DNA of 64,000 nucleotides from positions 7,232,001-7,296,000 of the forward strand of contig CAVUSO010000001.1 in the NCBI GenBank assembly GCA_963744145.1, given 5' to 3'. Under the pieces are notes generated by a model. It saw only the letters and a program-made list of their open reading frames with translations, did no database searches and was not told the DNA's origin. This DNA comes from an uncultured cyanobacterium. Its GTDB lineage: Bacteria > Cyanobacteriota > Cyanobacteriia > Cyanobacteriales > CAWUOF01. Below, piece after piece: positions 11,159 to 21,787 of this stretch. Position 1 is the first letter of the stretch. Each line of letters opens with the position of its first letter. A program made the position numbers and the translations under genes.

Positions 11159-12175
11159 ATGAACTTGCTTCGAGAGGCTAAAGTGATTCGTTCTGCAACT
11201 TTAACAATTCAGCATTCTTTCCCACCGCTTACAGAAGACAACCGTCTCCGGCTGTTTTCAGGTTCAGCAAATCCTGGTCTTGCTCAGGAAGTTGCTCGCT
11301 ATCTAGGGATGGACTTAGGTCCAATGATTTGTAAGCGGTTTGCTGATGGAGAAATCTATATCCAAATTCAGGAATCAATTCGTGGCTGTGATGTTTATCT
11401 GATTCAACCCACTTGTCATCCAGTCAATGATCACCTGATGGAATTACTGATTATGATTGACGCTTGTCGTCGGGCGTCCGCTCGGCAGATTACCGCAGTA
11501 ATTCCCTATTATGGTTATGCAAGAGCAGACCGGAAGACTGCTGGACGTGAATCAATTACCGCTAAGTTAGTCGCTAACCTGATTACTAAATCAGGAGCTA
11601 GTCGGATCTTAGCCATGGATTTACATTCAGCCCAAATCCAAGGGTATTTTGATATTCCCTTTGATCATGTCTACGGTTCTCCCGTGGTCTTAGATTACTT
11701 AACCAGTAAACAATTACCCGATTTAGTAGTCGTTTCTCCAGATGTGGGGGGTGTAGCTAGAGCGAGAGCTTTTGCTAAAAAATTAAATGATGCTCCTTTA
11801 GCAATTATTGATAAGCGCCGACAAGCTCACAATGTGGCTGAAGTAATGAATCTGATTGGTGATGTTAAGGGCAAAACGGCGGTACTGGTAGATGATATGA
11901 TTGATACAGGTGGTACGATTTCCGAAGGAGGTCGATTATTACGTCAAGAAGGCGCTCGTCAAGTTTATGCTTGTGCTACCCATGCGGTTTTTTCTCCTCC
12001 AGCGATCGAACGTCTTTCGAGTGGAATATTTGAAGAAGTGATCGTAACTAATACTATTCCAGTGGTGGAGAGCGATCGCTTTAAACAATTAACTGTTTTG
12101 TCTGTAGCTAATTTACTGGGAGAAACCATCTGGAGAGTTCACGAGGATAGTTCAGTGAGCAGTATGTTTCGTTAA
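11159..12175 (+). CDS. prs: Ribose-phosphate pyrophosphokinase
   Basis: Motifs FADGE, PYYGYARADRK, DLHSAQIQG, VSPDVGG, VDDMIDTGGT. Confidence 0.97.
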   Translation: MNLLREAKVIRSATLTIQHSFPPLTEDNRLRLFSGSANPGLAQEVARYLGMDLGPMICKRFADGEIYIQIQESIRGCDVYLIQPTCHPVNDHLMELLIMIDACRRASARQITAVIPYYGYARADRKTAGRESITAKLVANLITKSGASRILAMDLHSAQIQGYFDIPFDHVYGSPVVLDYLTSKQLPDLVVVSPDVGGVARARAFAKKLNDAPLAIIDKRRQAHNVAEVMNLIGDVKGKTAVLVDDMIDTGGTISEGGRLLRQEGARQVYACATHAVFSPPAIERLSSGIFEEVIVTNTIPVVESDRFKQLTVLSVANLLGETIWRVHEDSSVSSMFR

Positions 12176-12202
12176 AAAATTTTTAAGTCCAAAAAAGAAA
12201 TT

Positions 12203-12230
12203 CCGTCCAATGTTAAATTTGGACGGTTTA
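12203..12230. terminator. Hairpin between convergent prs and DUF1232 genes
   Basis: CCGTCCAA-N8-TTGGACGG followed by TTTA. Confidence 0.45.
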
Positions 12231-12263
12231 ATTATGAGATTAACATTTATAAAAAATGAGCCG

Positions 12264-12587
12264 TTATTCTACTGATACTGCTTTCACATCGACGGATGCT
12301 TGATCGGTTGTTCCATTGTCATCAAATTTGCTTTCATTGGGGATCGACTTCTCCACCTGACGAGATTTCATCCATTCCAGGAATACCTGAGATAACTCAG
12401 AAATCAGTAAGGTGACAAGAGCGATGTCATCAATCTCCCCAATAATGGGGATAAAATCTGGAGCTAGATCAAAGGGACTCACTAAATAAACCAAAGTGCC
12501 CAGAATCACCCACCAACGATACTGAGGATGACGGATGACTCGACGATACCAGTTGTAAAGAGCTTGCATAGAATTTTTTCCTCTCAT
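12264..12587 (-). CDS. YkvA/DUF1232 family protein
   Basis: YLVSPFDLAPDFIPIIGEIDD motif. Confidence 0.88.
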   Translation of the reverse strand: MRGKNSMQALYNWYRRVIRHPQYRWWVILGTLVYLVSPFDLAPDFIPIIGEIDDIALVTLLISELSQVFLEWMKSRQVEKSIPNESKFDDNGTTDQASVDVKAVSVE

Positions 12588-12777
12588 TGCTTAGATTGTG
12601 ACAAATTTCTCAATTGATCGTAAGTATGGATATCTCGCCTTAATCTGTCCAGAAAATGCTATTCTTAGTCTTCTGTAATATTTAGATGGTTTGTTTATCT
12701 GTTTAAATGGAGATGATCTATGTGTTGTTGATTGTTTATATACCACAAAAGAGAAAAATGTCAAGAGGAAAGAGTTA

Positions 12778-13512
12778 GTGAATATTACAGAAATTGCGGA
12801 ATTTTGGAAATATTTGTTTGATAAGGGGGGTATAACCATGTGGTTTATCCTAGCCCTATCAATTGTTTCAGTGGCCACAATTGTCGAGCGTTTATGGTTC
12901 TGGGCAACAATTCTCACTAAGGAAAAAATTATTGTCCATCAGGTGCTAGAAGCATCTCGTCGAGATTGGAATGTGGCAACAGAAATTGCCAGACAAGCAA
13001 GTATCCAACCAATTGGACGATTTCTATATTCACCATTACGACTACAAAACCCTGAACCGGAAGTATTTCGGTTAGCGTTAGAGTCCTCAGCCGATGATGA
13101 ATTAGCCAATATGCGCCGAGGGGATAAGATTTTAGAAGCAGTTATTTCTCTAGCACCTTTACTCGGATTGCTTGGTACAGTTTTAGGTTTAATTAAATCA
13201 CTGAGTTCAATTCAATTGAGTGATTTAGGAACATCTTCCACCGCAGGAGTTACTTTAGGGATTAGTGAAGCTTTGATTTGTACTGCTAGTGGATTAGCGG
13301 TGGCTATTACTACCTTAGTATTTTATCGTCTGTTTCAACTTTTTTTGTTTAACGAAGTGAAAATTTTCCGCAAAGCCGGTAGTGATTTAGAATTACTTTA
13401 TCGGCAGTTTTGGTCTGGCCAGAAGAATTTTAATTCTCATGGGATGGGACGACCTAGTGAAACTCAACGTCTACCAGAAGCGAAGGTAGATAGTTCTGAA
13501 GATGCTGAATAA
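12778..13512 (+). CDS. exbB: MotA/TolQ/ExbB proton channel protein
   Basis: APLLGLLGTVLG and GISEALICTASGL; GTG start at 12778 chosen for the upstream GAGGA. Confidence 0.9.
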   Translation: MNITEIAEFWKYLFDKGGITMWFILALSIVSVATIVERLWFWATILTKEKIIVHQVLEASRRDWNVATEIARQASIQPIGRFLYSPLRLQNPEPEVFRLALESSADDELANMRRGDKILEAVISLAPLLGLLGTVLGLIKSLSSIQLSDLGTSSTAGVTLGISEALICTASGLAVAITTLVFYRLFQLFLFNEVKIFRKAGSDLELLYRQFWSGQKNFNSHGMGRPSETQRLPEAKVDSSEDAE

Positions 13513-13549
13513 TTAAAAACAGTTTGATGTTGTTGTAGTCAGTGTATTT

Positions 13550-14332
13550 ATGAAAATTCATTTAGATTCCCCAGCCGAAGATATTCGGATTGAAATCATT
13601 CCGTTAATGGATGTGATTTTCTGTATTTTAACCTTTTTTATTTTGGGTGCAGTTGGGTTAACTCGTCAGCAAGCGATTAATATGGATCTACCTAAAGCTA
13701 GCACGAGTAAACCGCAAATGCGAGAGATGTTAGTGGTAAGTCTGTTTCCAGGAGGAAGAACATTTGTTAATCAAGATCCGGTAACCCGTGACCAACTAGA
13801 AGATACCTTGCGGACTTATCATCAAGCTAAACCAGAAGGATTGATGGTTTTATCTGCTTCTAAAGCATCTAGTTATAATGAGGTAGTAGAAATTTTAGAT
13901 TTATTGCGAAAAATTGGGGGCGATCGGGTTGCTTTAGCGACATTACCAGGAGAATCTAATCAGCAACCGAACCCTATTCCCACTTTTCCTGTAAATCCGA
14001 CAGCTCCTGGTGTACCACTACCACCGACTAATATTCCCAATCCTGGAATATCTCCTCTTCCGAACAATATTCCTAATAATTTGCCCAATTCTTCCGGGAT
14101 TCCTAATCCAGCAAATCCATCTGATCAGTTACCGTTACCCACCAATATTCCTAATAATCCTAGCATTTCTAATCCGCTCAATTCCCCAGTTCCTAATCCA
14201 TTACCACCACCAACCAATCCATTACCACAACAACCTATTCCTAATAATACTTCTCCCACTATTCCCACAGCACCTGCTAGTCCGACCACGGTCAATCCTG
14301 GTGCTTCTCCCAATAGTAAGAATCCCCGATAA
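13550..14332 (+). CDS. exbD: ExbD/TolR protein with Pro/Asn-rich C-terminus
   Basis: IEIIPLMDVIFCILTFF and LPKAS; follows exbB. Confidence 0.9.
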   Translation: MKIHLDSPAEDIRIEIIPLMDVIFCILTFFILGAVGLTRQQAINMDLPKASTSKPQMREMLVVSLFPGGRTFVNQDPVTRDQLEDTLRTYHQAKPEGLMVLSASKASSYNEVVEILDLLRKIGGDRVALATLPGESNQQPNPIPTFPVNPTAPGVPLPPTNIPNPGISPLPNNIPNNLPNSSGIPNPANPSDQLPLPTNIPNNPSISNPLNSPVPNPLPPPTNPLPQQPIPNNTSPTIPTAPASPTTVNPGASPNSKNPR

Positions 14333-14356
14333 TCATTGTTGAAATTTGAGATTTTT

Positions 14357-15577
14357 ATGAAAAGACGTACTGCACTGATCTCTGGTTTATCCTTTACCTT
14401 TACGATGCTGTTAGTTGCTTGTAGTGGTAATCAGAATACTAATGTAGCACCGACTAATCCTACGGGAAATAATACTCCTGCTAATGCTATTTCCATTGGA
14501 GTTGCTTTAGCCCAAACTAGCAAAGTAGCTTTACTTGGTCAAGATGGTATTACGGGAGTAAAACTTGCGGAAAAGTATTTTAATGACAAGGGAGGTATTG
14601 ATGGAAATCCCATTAAATTGGTAATTCAAGATACTGGGGGAGATGAAGCTGGAGCGATTAATGCTTTTCAAACTCTTATATCTAAAGATAAAGTAGTAGG
14701 AATTGTTGGTCCAACTCTTTCTCAGCAAGCTTTTAGTGCTGATCCAATTGCGGACAGAGCGAAAGTACCAGTCTTTGGAGCATCGAATACAGCAAAAGGA
14801 ATTCCTGAAATCGGTGAATATATTTCCCGGGTTTCTGCTGGGATTGATGTTGTTGCTCCCTTATCTGTAAAAGCAGCAATAAAAATTAATCCTGCGCTGA
14901 AGAAAGTTGCGGTTTTCTATGCTCAAGATGATGCTTATAGTAAGTCAGAAACAGGTATATTTCAGAAAACAGTTAAGGAACAGAATTTAGATTTAATTAC
15001 TGTCCAAAAGTTTCAAACTCAAGATACTGATTTTCAAACTCAAAGTACAACAGCAATCAATCTCAAACCAGATTTAATTATTATTTCTGGATTAACTGCG
15101 GATGGTGGTAATTTAATTCGACAATTACGAGAATTAGGATATACAGGTTTAATTATTGGTGGGAATGGATTAAATAGTTACAATATATTTCCCGTTTGTC
15201 AAGCTAAGTGTGATGGAGTTTTAGTTGCTCAAGCTTATAGTCCAGAGCATCCGAATGAGATTAATAAGCAATTTCGGACTGCTTATCTAAATCAATACAA
15301 AAAAGAACCACCTCAAATTACCGCTCAAGCTTTTACCGCAGTTCAGGTATTTACTGAATCTTTACAAGCTTTGAATAAGAAGACAAAAATTAATACCATG
15401 TCTTTAGAACAGCTACGTACTGAGCTAAATCAGCAGCGTTTAAGTGGAAAATATGATACTCCTTTAGGAGAGATTGCTTTCACTCCTGGGCGTGATATTA
15501 TTCAAAAAACTTTCTACGTGGCTCGGTTAACCGTGGATAAAGATGGAAATAATGGCAAATTTGAGTATGTGAAATAA
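14357..15577 (+). CDS. Branched-chain/neutral amino acid ABC transporter substrate-binding lipoprotein
   Basis: Lipobox LVAC; motifs NDKGGIDG, GIVGPTLS, DTDFQTQ of LivJ/LivK-like proteins. Confidence 0.9.
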   Translation: MKRRTALISGLSFTFTMLLVACSGNQNTNVAPTNPTGNNTPANAISIGVALAQTSKVALLGQDGITGVKLAEKYFNDKGGIDGNPIKLVIQDTGGDEAGAINAFQTLISKDKVVGIVGPTLSQQAFSADPIADRAKVPVFGASNTAKGIPEIGEYISRVSAGIDVVAPLSVKAAIKINPALKKVAVFYAQDDAYSKSETGIFQKTVKEQNLDLITVQKFQTQDTDFQTQSTTAINLKPDLIIISGLTADGGNLIRQLRELGYTGLIIGGNGLNSYNIFPVCQAKCDGVLVAQAYSPEHPNEINKQFRTAYLNQYKKEPPQITAQAFTAVQVFTESLQALNKKTKINTMSLEQLRTELNQQRLSGKYDTPLGEIAFTPGRDIIQKTFYVARLTVDKDGNNGKFEYVK

Positions 15578-15608
15578 GTTGTTTATTTTGAATTTACTCT
15601 TGATATTA

Positions 15609-16436
15609 CTAGATACAGAACCAAATACCAAACTTTTGGATTGTGAATTTTGAGCGTTTGACAGTGATACCAGGAACCCAGCAGGGATCACCAAATTGTT
15701 CTATATGCTGTCCTGCTTGGTGAGGTGATTTCCATTCTCGTCCCACCAAAGGTTCCATCTCACCAGTTGCTGAAAAGTTTGTTGATGAGGTATGGGCTAA
15801 TAGTCGTTCTGTCTGGATCACAAATCTATCTTCACTATTGATCAAGACTGCTTGTCCATCAAATAAATCTTTGTTTTTATATGGTGCATCATCAACCAAT
15901 TCGACCATACCCCACCCATAACTACGCTCACCACCCAGGTGTAATCTGCGGATTGCTTGTTTCCAAGCAAGTTGACAGTTATTCTTCTCAAACACATAAC
16001 CAACTAGATAGACTTGTTCACCTGTGTCCAACCTGCGGGGTGAGAGAAATTCTACTTCATGCAGTAACCCCTCAGCAGCAGTTTGCTGGGGATAAAGCAG
16101 AGCTGTACTAACATAGCTGCTCAGAAAACGGTGACGAAAATTGTTATTCCACGACCAATTGATCTGATAGTCTCCATCTTTGTTAATGGCTGGATAAAAG
16201 TAGGTGTATGCTAAGGAATCATGAACTTTTTCTCCAATTTTCTGATAATCTGCTGAATTGATTGCTGGTTTATGTTCTTTCTCACACTCATCGCGTGTCA
16301 ATCTCATGGTGAGTGCGCCCCAAAACATTCGTCCTGTGATATATGGGCGAGTCCGTTGCAAGTTGCCCACTTTGCCACAGCCAATATGGATAGGCGATCG
16401 CAGCTTAAATATAACTCGATAAACCTGCCAGATCAC
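15609..16436 (-). CDS. cmr3: Type III-C RAMP, Cas5-group (Cmr3-like)
   Basis: LRSPIHIG, G-rich loop LGGERSYGWG; last gene of the operon, overlapping the cmr5 stop by 1 nt. Confidence 0.75.
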   Translation of the reverse strand: MIWQVYRVIFKLRSPIHIGCGKVGNLQRTRPYITGRMFWGALTMRLTRDECEKEHKPAINSADYQKIGEKVHDSLAYTYFYPAINKDGDYQINWSWNNNFRHRFLSSYVSTALLYPQQTAAEGLLHEVEFLSPRRLDTGEQVYLVGYVFEKNNCQLAWKQAIRRLHLGGERSYGWGMVELVDDAPYKNKDLFDGQAVLINSEDRFVIQTERLLAHTSSTNFSATGEMEPLVGREWKSPHQAGQHIEQFGDPCWVPGITVKRSKFTIQKFGIWFCI

Positions 16437-16864
16437 TAGGCTTCCTCCTGATCTGGTTGATGATGATTTAATTCTTCGTTTTGCCGCGCTTTTGCTCCAT
16501 AACGAGCGTAGATTAACATTTGTTCGAGCGTTTCTTTTGTAAGTAACAGTCGTTCTAAATTAACTGTTACCTTCTCAGTAATGTAGGAAAGTACATCGTC
16601 AGCCTTATTAATGTCTGGTTTGCCCCAATTAAATCCCAAAGCATTGAGGAGTTCAAACATTTCTTGAGCGATCGCCCTACCATTTTCCTTCTCTTTTGCT
16701 AGCAAGTAAAGAAAACAGGCATAGACACCATTTTCTTGTAATACCCCTAATGTTTTAGTCACACTATTATCTATATCACTAGCCTTTTTGTCGTGAGTCT
16801 TCTTAATAATTTCTTGTGCGTATTTTGCGGCTAGTCGCTCAAGATTAGTAACTACACTACTCAC
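16436..16864 (-). CDS. cmr5: Type III small subunit (Cmr5/Cas11)
   Basis: Small helical protein with KTLGVLQENGVYACFLYL between cmr4 and cmr3; GTG start at 16864 with upstream AAGGAG. Confidence 0.8.
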   Translation of the reverse strand: MSSVVTNLERLAAKYAQEIIKKTHDKKASDIDNSVTKTLGVLQENGVYACFLYLLAKEKENGRAIAQEMFELLNALGFNWGKPDINKADDVLSYITEKVTVNLERLLLTKETLEQMLIYARYGAKARQNEELNHHQPDQEEA

Positions 16865-17828
16865 CGTCTTGCTCCTTACCAAAAGTTTCTTTCCAGGGTT
16901 TTCCGACGATCGCCATGCGCCCAAAACCGCGTGTACCCATACCGCCAACTCCTAGCCATTCAATCATGCGAAAGCCAGATTTCACTACATCTAGTGAATT
17001 ATTCCAGGAATCACCTCCTGGTAGTGGATTATTTTGTCCGGTTTTGTTCAGTGTTTTTTTAGGAAAATTCTGACGATAATCATCAAGTACAACTTCTGCG
17101 GTGAGAAATGCAGCACGGGGAATAGCTTCGTAGGTAAACAGAGCCCCTTCTGCTGCTGCACCAGTCTCCGGATCGATCGCTACCGATGTACGCACTTCTA
17201 GATTACTATTCACTACTTGGCTAAAAAGTGCATCTTGTACCAAAACAATTTTATTTCTAATCGCTTGCCAACGTTCTTGATTTTCCCAATTCTGGGGTGC
17301 TATCACGGTTACTGTGTTTTCAATCCGAAGCATTAACCATCCTAAGTTGAGCGGATCTTTACGATCCCAAGTCAACACAACTGAGTCATTACTCCAATTT
17401 AATGATGGATTTATGGTAAAACCTGCATCTTTTAGCCGTTCCATCGTACTGACCCATACAGGTCCTACCATTGAATTTACAGGAAAAAGTAGCAGATGGG
17501 CATCGAATATGTTAACTACACCCGAATAGGTAGTTGAATCATCTTTGTTAGCATTCTGGGACTTTTTGAGATAGCCAAAGGTATAACAGACTGGATTTTG
17601 ATCGGGGTCTTCAATTGTGTCATGGGCTTGTCCTGCTGCTCCTGGTGTTTCATATAATTGAGCTGCGTAGAATCGAGCTGCACCATGCAAGCTAGTTCCA
17701 GGAATTTTAGGAATTTTGGTTCCTGGTTCTCGCACAATACTATTATCTACCCGTCCCAAACGATAGCCTCCAGTGCCAATATGTACCGGGTCAAGCGTCA
17801 TAAACAGATAGCGTTGCCGCTTATACAT
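16857..17828 (-). CDS. cmr4: Type III RAMP Cmr4 (Cas7, target-RNA cleaving subunit)
   Basis: DPVHIGTGG, VDNSIVRE with the conserved Asp, IPGTSLHGA, GVGGMGTRGFG. Confidence 0.92.
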   Translation of the reverse strand: MYKRQRYLFMTLDPVHIGTGGYRLGRVDNSIVREPGTKIPKIPGTSLHGAARFYAAQLYETPGAAGQAHDTIEDPDQNPVCYTFGYLKKSQNANKDDSTTYSGVVNIFDAHLLLFPVNSMVGPVWVSTMERLKDAGFTINPSLNWSNDSVVLTWDRKDPLNLGWLMLRIENTVTVIAPQNWENQERWQAIRNKIVLVQDALFSQVVNSNLEVRTSVAIDPETGAAAEGALFTYEAIPRAAFLTAEVVLDDYRQNFPKKTLNKTGQNNPLPGGDSWNNSLDVVKSGFRMIEWLGVGGMGTRGFGRMAIVGKPWKETFGKEQDGE

Positions 17829-17832
17829 TATT

Positions 17833-20604
17833 TTACTGCTCCTTTAAAATTTCAATATGCAGTTCTGCCAAGTCAGCTAATTCACCTCTTACTCCAGCCT
17901 CAATCATCTTCTGACGTTGTTCTGAGGAAATTGATGACCATAAATGGCTCTTAGGCCAATTTGCATTCGCTAGGGTGTCGGTAACAAACTGTTGAAATAT
18001 TTGATCTTGTGTTGACTGATTTCCCTCGTCTTGCCCATACCAAGTTTCGCGGGTTGCTTCAATGGTATAGATGATCTGATGACATTGGGAGGTCTCCAGG
18101 TTTTTCAGAATATTCCAGATTTGGTCTAGACGATCTAAGTCTTCAAGGTAAAATGGGCGAGTGTGACCTGGACGGCGACCATTTTCGTCATAGTAAATAT
18201 CAAAGCGACGGGCGCTGCTATCGAGAAATTCAAAATCGAAGGTGGATGGTGTGAAATAAATGCGATCGCCCTCTTGCAAATCATCAGTATGAACTAACCA
18301 ACAAGGTGTTGTTTCACCAGGTCGCTGACTTTTGATTGCTCTTTTACGTCCACTCACCTTGCTATCATCACCATGAGTTTCTAGAAAAACGTAGGGATAC
18401 CAAACATCATCTGTTGTGCCATCTCCCATTTTGGCGGGAATATGCCAAGTAATAGTATGGTTATCTTGGATCAGATTTAGAGTAATGGTTTCTTCAAATT
18501 GTTGAGTACCATTTGCTAGCTCTTTCTTATTTTTTGGCAATTCTCCTCTAGATATTGACTGTACCTGCCAGTCTTTTTGATGATTAGGCGATTTGTAACT
18601 TAACATCTGCCGCCCAGCATCCAGAGCAGATCGAAGGGGAGTGCGACGATGGAAATACACTATACCTAAGTGTAGAGGGAGACGATTACGAACTTTTCCC
18701 ATCTCTCGTTCATATTTCGTTTGAATTGTTTTGATTACTTCAAGAGATTTGTCCGCTGGGACAAGAGCCATGAAAGTACGTGGTTCAGCCAGAATCTGAA
18801 TAATAGGGCTATACTCTGTTGAATCAAATTGCACGTTGCTGATGGTCAAACTACCGCGCAATTGATTAGGTTTTCCATATCCAGTAGGTTCTTCTATAAA
18901 TACCTGCTGATTAAGCAATTTTTGATCAACAAATGTGACCGCTAATTCACTATTTGAATATTGCTGATACTCTGCACCTAATTGTTTAGCAACATAGCAA
19001 AGATTATCTGTTGTGATTAATTTTTCGTTATAATATAAAATACTAAGCTTGGTTGTTCCGAATACCAAGTCATAATTTCCAAGATCAGCTAACGGCTTGT
19101 CAAAATTATAAAAGTCAATCGTAAAATTGAGGCGACCTTTTACCATTGGTAGTTGTGCATCTACAAATGACTCTTGCCAAAACCTTTGAGTAGTGCGCCA
19201 GACACGCTGTATCCGTGCAAAGGATGGTTCTTTACTAAAGGAATAATTTTTGTTTGTGTTATTGCTAGGATTGCATACAACAATAAGTGTTTTGATCATG
19301 TCACCATTGAGCCAGTCATTCAGATTAAATCTACCGACAACTAACGCGAGATGACCATTTTTATCAGCCACTTCGTCTATCCAGATAGTATTTCTGGAAA
19401 ATGTATTATCGTGATCTTTACTCTGCAAGTCTTTTAACCATGCTTGTGCCCGTTTACCTCGTCGTTTCAGACAAACATGACAAACATTCTGTAAGAACGC
19501 TTCAAGTTTTTGCTCTTTATTATCCTCTCCCCAGCCCTGTGGACGCATACCACAGACTGTGCATATATCAGTCACTTTTCCCTGCCACCAACGCTTTGAA
19601 TAATCTTCAAAAGGTGTAATTGGTGGCAAAGACAGTGCTAGAGCTTTGTGGATGACAATGCCTTTTTCATGAGCTGCTGTAATATGAATTTGAGGTTTTA
19701 ACTCTCCGCTTAACTCACTTCTCCACCCAGTATTTAAGATTAGGTTTTCAAGCAGGTTACGCAATTGGCTACCCTCAATATCATCGCCCTCCAACTCTGG
19801 CATTAAAAAAGCACTACCATTTTCATCTCGGTAGACTTCGTTGCCCAATGGATAGGTTTCTTCTAAAAGTGTATGGACAAGGTTTAACGATGCTTGTAAC
19901 GATGTTTGCCGACCCAGTAAATCACCAATTGTCAGTGAGCGTTCTAAAAAACTTATGCCATCAAAACTAATAGATAGAATTCGCCACTTCAAATCATGTT
20001 CAATAACTTTATTTTCTATAATATATCGAGCAGCGATTGCTTTCCAGAATGCGGCTGTAGCTGCTCCCCATTCCCAAAGTCTGACTTCATTCAGAGGTCG
20101 TCTTGTATCTCCTACAGCATGGTTGAATACTTGTTCTAATTCTTTGAGAAAACTATTACGCTGATTGATATTGTTGACTGCTTTCAGCAGTTCTGATGAT
20201 TTTTCGTTGAGTAAAGTCTCAAACCCAAATACAGACGCAATTAAACAAGTTGGCTTTCCTAGTCCTCGCTCTTGTGGCTGATCTACTTGTGGCTTATCTA
20301 TATGGGCAATATTATGGCAAATGCCTAACAGTTTAATACGCCAGTCTGAAGAATGTTTTGCTTTAGAAGGATCTTTACCTTCTTCTATTAACTGCTTAAG
20401 TGAAGAATTCTCAGTATATGTAAGCGATGTGAGAATGTCTTGTGGTTTAAAGCTATCCAAGACAGATGAAATATCAGCAGGATTAAATTGCGCCCCTAAT
20501 TTTTTCCACTGACCAATACACTTTTGCCAATCATGTAAAAACGCTGCTACTTCTGTTAAGAGCAGATCATCACTTTTATTAGCTAAATCTGTCAAGTCAT
20601 ACAT
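17833..20604 (-). CDS. cas10: Cas10 large subunit, type III-C (Csx11-like), with HD motif and degenerate Palm
   Basis: N-terminal LHDWQK, DTRRPLNEV, YRDENG, Zn finger CTVC...CHVC, SFARIQRVWRTT; AEPRTF where GGDD is expected. Confidence 0.88.
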   Translation of the reverse strand: MYDLTDLANKSDDLLLTEVAAFLHDWQKCIGQWKKLGAQFNPADISSVLDSFKPQDILTSLTYTENSSLKQLIEEGKDPSKAKHSSDWRIKLLGICHNIAHIDKPQVDQPQERGLGKPTCLIASVFGFETLLNEKSSELLKAVNNINQRNSFLKELEQVFNHAVGDTRRPLNEVRLWEWGAATAAFWKAIAARYIIENKVIEHDLKWRILSISFDGISFLERSLTIGDLLGRQTSLQASLNLVHTLLEETYPLGNEVYRDENGSAFLMPELEGDDIEGSQLRNLLENLILNTGWRSELSGELKPQIHITAAHEKGIVIHKALALSLPPITPFEDYSKRWWQGKVTDICTVCGMRPQGWGEDNKEQKLEAFLQNVCHVCLKRRGKRAQAWLKDLQSKDHDNTFSRNTIWIDEVADKNGHLALVVGRFNLNDWLNGDMIKTLIVVCNPSNNTNKNYSFSKEPSFARIQRVWRTTQRFWQESFVDAQLPMVKGRLNFTIDFYNFDKPLADLGNYDLVFGTTKLSILYYNEKLITTDNLCYVAKQLGAEYQQYSNSELAVTFVDQKLLNQQVFIEEPTGYGKPNQLRGSLTISNVQFDSTEYSPIIQILAEPRTFMALVPADKSLEVIKTIQTKYEREMGKVRNRLPLHLGIVYFHRRTPLRSALDAGRQMLSYKSPNHQKDWQVQSISRGELPKNKKELANGTQQFEETITLNLIQDNHTITWHIPAKMGDGTTDDVWYPYVFLETHGDDSKVSGRKRAIKSQRPGETTPCWLVHTDDLQEGDRIYFTPSTFDFEFLDSSARRFDIYYDENGRRPGHTRPFYLEDLDRLDQIWNILKNLETSQCHQIIYTIEATRETWYGQDEGNQSTQDQIFQQFVTDTLANANWPKSHLWSSISSEQRQKMIEAGVRGELADLAELHIEILKEQ

Positions 20605-21787
20605 GGTTTATTTTCGTTCCTTTCGGTTCTCTACACAATCCTTCTCCTATCTGCTTTGCCCGATCGCACAACTCATTCAAGCTAGCAAAAGATACTTTAG
20701 TTATAGATAATGTTGGTGGTGATGGTTCCGGTTCGGGTGCTGATTCTAATGTGACTGTTTGTTTTAATGCTTTACCTTCCCGTTCCCACCATTTTTTGGC
20801 TTTTTCATAACGCTGCTTTTCTTTCTTGCTAGATTTTTTATTTAGATATTCTGCTTCAGACTTAAGATTACCATCAGAATTTTGCAAGTCCGGATGTAGT
20901 TTTCCGGGTGCGATTAGATAGGATGGTAGCTCAGGTTCAGTAGATATTACTTTCGGTTCAGGTGGCTGTAAATCTGGTAGATCTGTTGCGATCGCTAATT
21001 CTCCTATACCATTAACTTCTGCAATCCCAAAACCACTACTTGTTTTTGCTCCAAAGCCATAAACCGTCAACATTTTCTCGACTCCCTCCGCAACCATCTG
21101 TAAGTCTCTAGCAACCTCAGTCAGTTTTACTAAACCAAAGGGAACGTATAACAAGACAAATTCTCCAATTGCATCTACGGGAACACACTCAATCAAAATT
21201 GGATTTTTACCAGTGCCCTTTTTGCGATCGTGCGGGTTGATCACCTCTAATCCAATCTGATCAAAGAACGTTGGATAAAAATAAAGACAACCTTGTTCAA
21301 TTTTTTTATCATCTATTTGAATATCTTTCTTAGTTCCAAAGAGATGCTCAATTCTAATTTGCCTTGCTACAAATTCTTTCTTATAGATGCAATCATTCCT
21401 TATACTTTCATTCAGGTTATCCGACCATTCAGATAACTGTTGTATCATTGCTATACGCAATACCCCTTTCCAGCTCGTTGAGGCAACCATTGGGTTTTGA
21501 AAAATCTTTTCCTTACGAACCGGATGATCAAGTAGGTGAAAGGAGCGATCGTCTTTGCTCAAATAAGGCTTAGACAACTTTAAGGAAAACCGCAGCATAA
21601 AACTAAACGATGGTAAATAGTTAAGATCGGAAAGTTTGGGGAGAAAACCAAACTGGTTCAAATTAATAGCAGAGTCAACTTTCTCATAACGAATTTGCCA
21701 TTCATTCAGATGCTTGGCTTTGTCTTTTGTAGCGATCGCTTGACGCAACCAAGAGTCGTGAGTTGCTGAATAATCGTATTGCATCAT
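20597..21787 (-). CDS. cmr6: Type III RAMP Cmr6
   Basis: LSKPYLSKDD, STSWKG, LYFYPTFF, EVINPHDR, GFGAKTSSGFG. Confidence 0.85.
   Translation of the reverse strand: MMQYDYSATHDSWLRQAIATKDKAKHLNEWQIRYEKVDSAINLNQFGFLPKLSDLNYLPSFSFMLRFSLKLSKPYLSKDDRSFHLLDHPVRKEKIFQNPMVASTSWKGVLRIAMIQQLSEWSDNLNESIRNDCIYKKEFVARQIRIEHLFGTKKDIQIDDKKIEQGCLYFYPTFFDQIGLEVINPHDRKKGTGKNPILIECVPVDAIGEFVLLYVPFGLVKLTEVARDLQMVAEGVEKMLTVYGFGAKTSSGFGIAEVNGIGELAIATDLPDLQPPEPKVISTEPELPSYLIAPGKLHPDLQNSDGNLKSEAEYLNKKSSKKEKQRYEKAKKWWEREGKALKQTVTLESAPEPEPSPPTLSITKVSFASLNELCDRAKQIGEGLCREPKGTKINHV

Noticed and set aside
16865..16948. N-terminal extension of Cmr5 in the ORF track
   Set aside because: Overlaps the cmr4 G-rich loop; GTG at 16864 has a good ribosome-binding site
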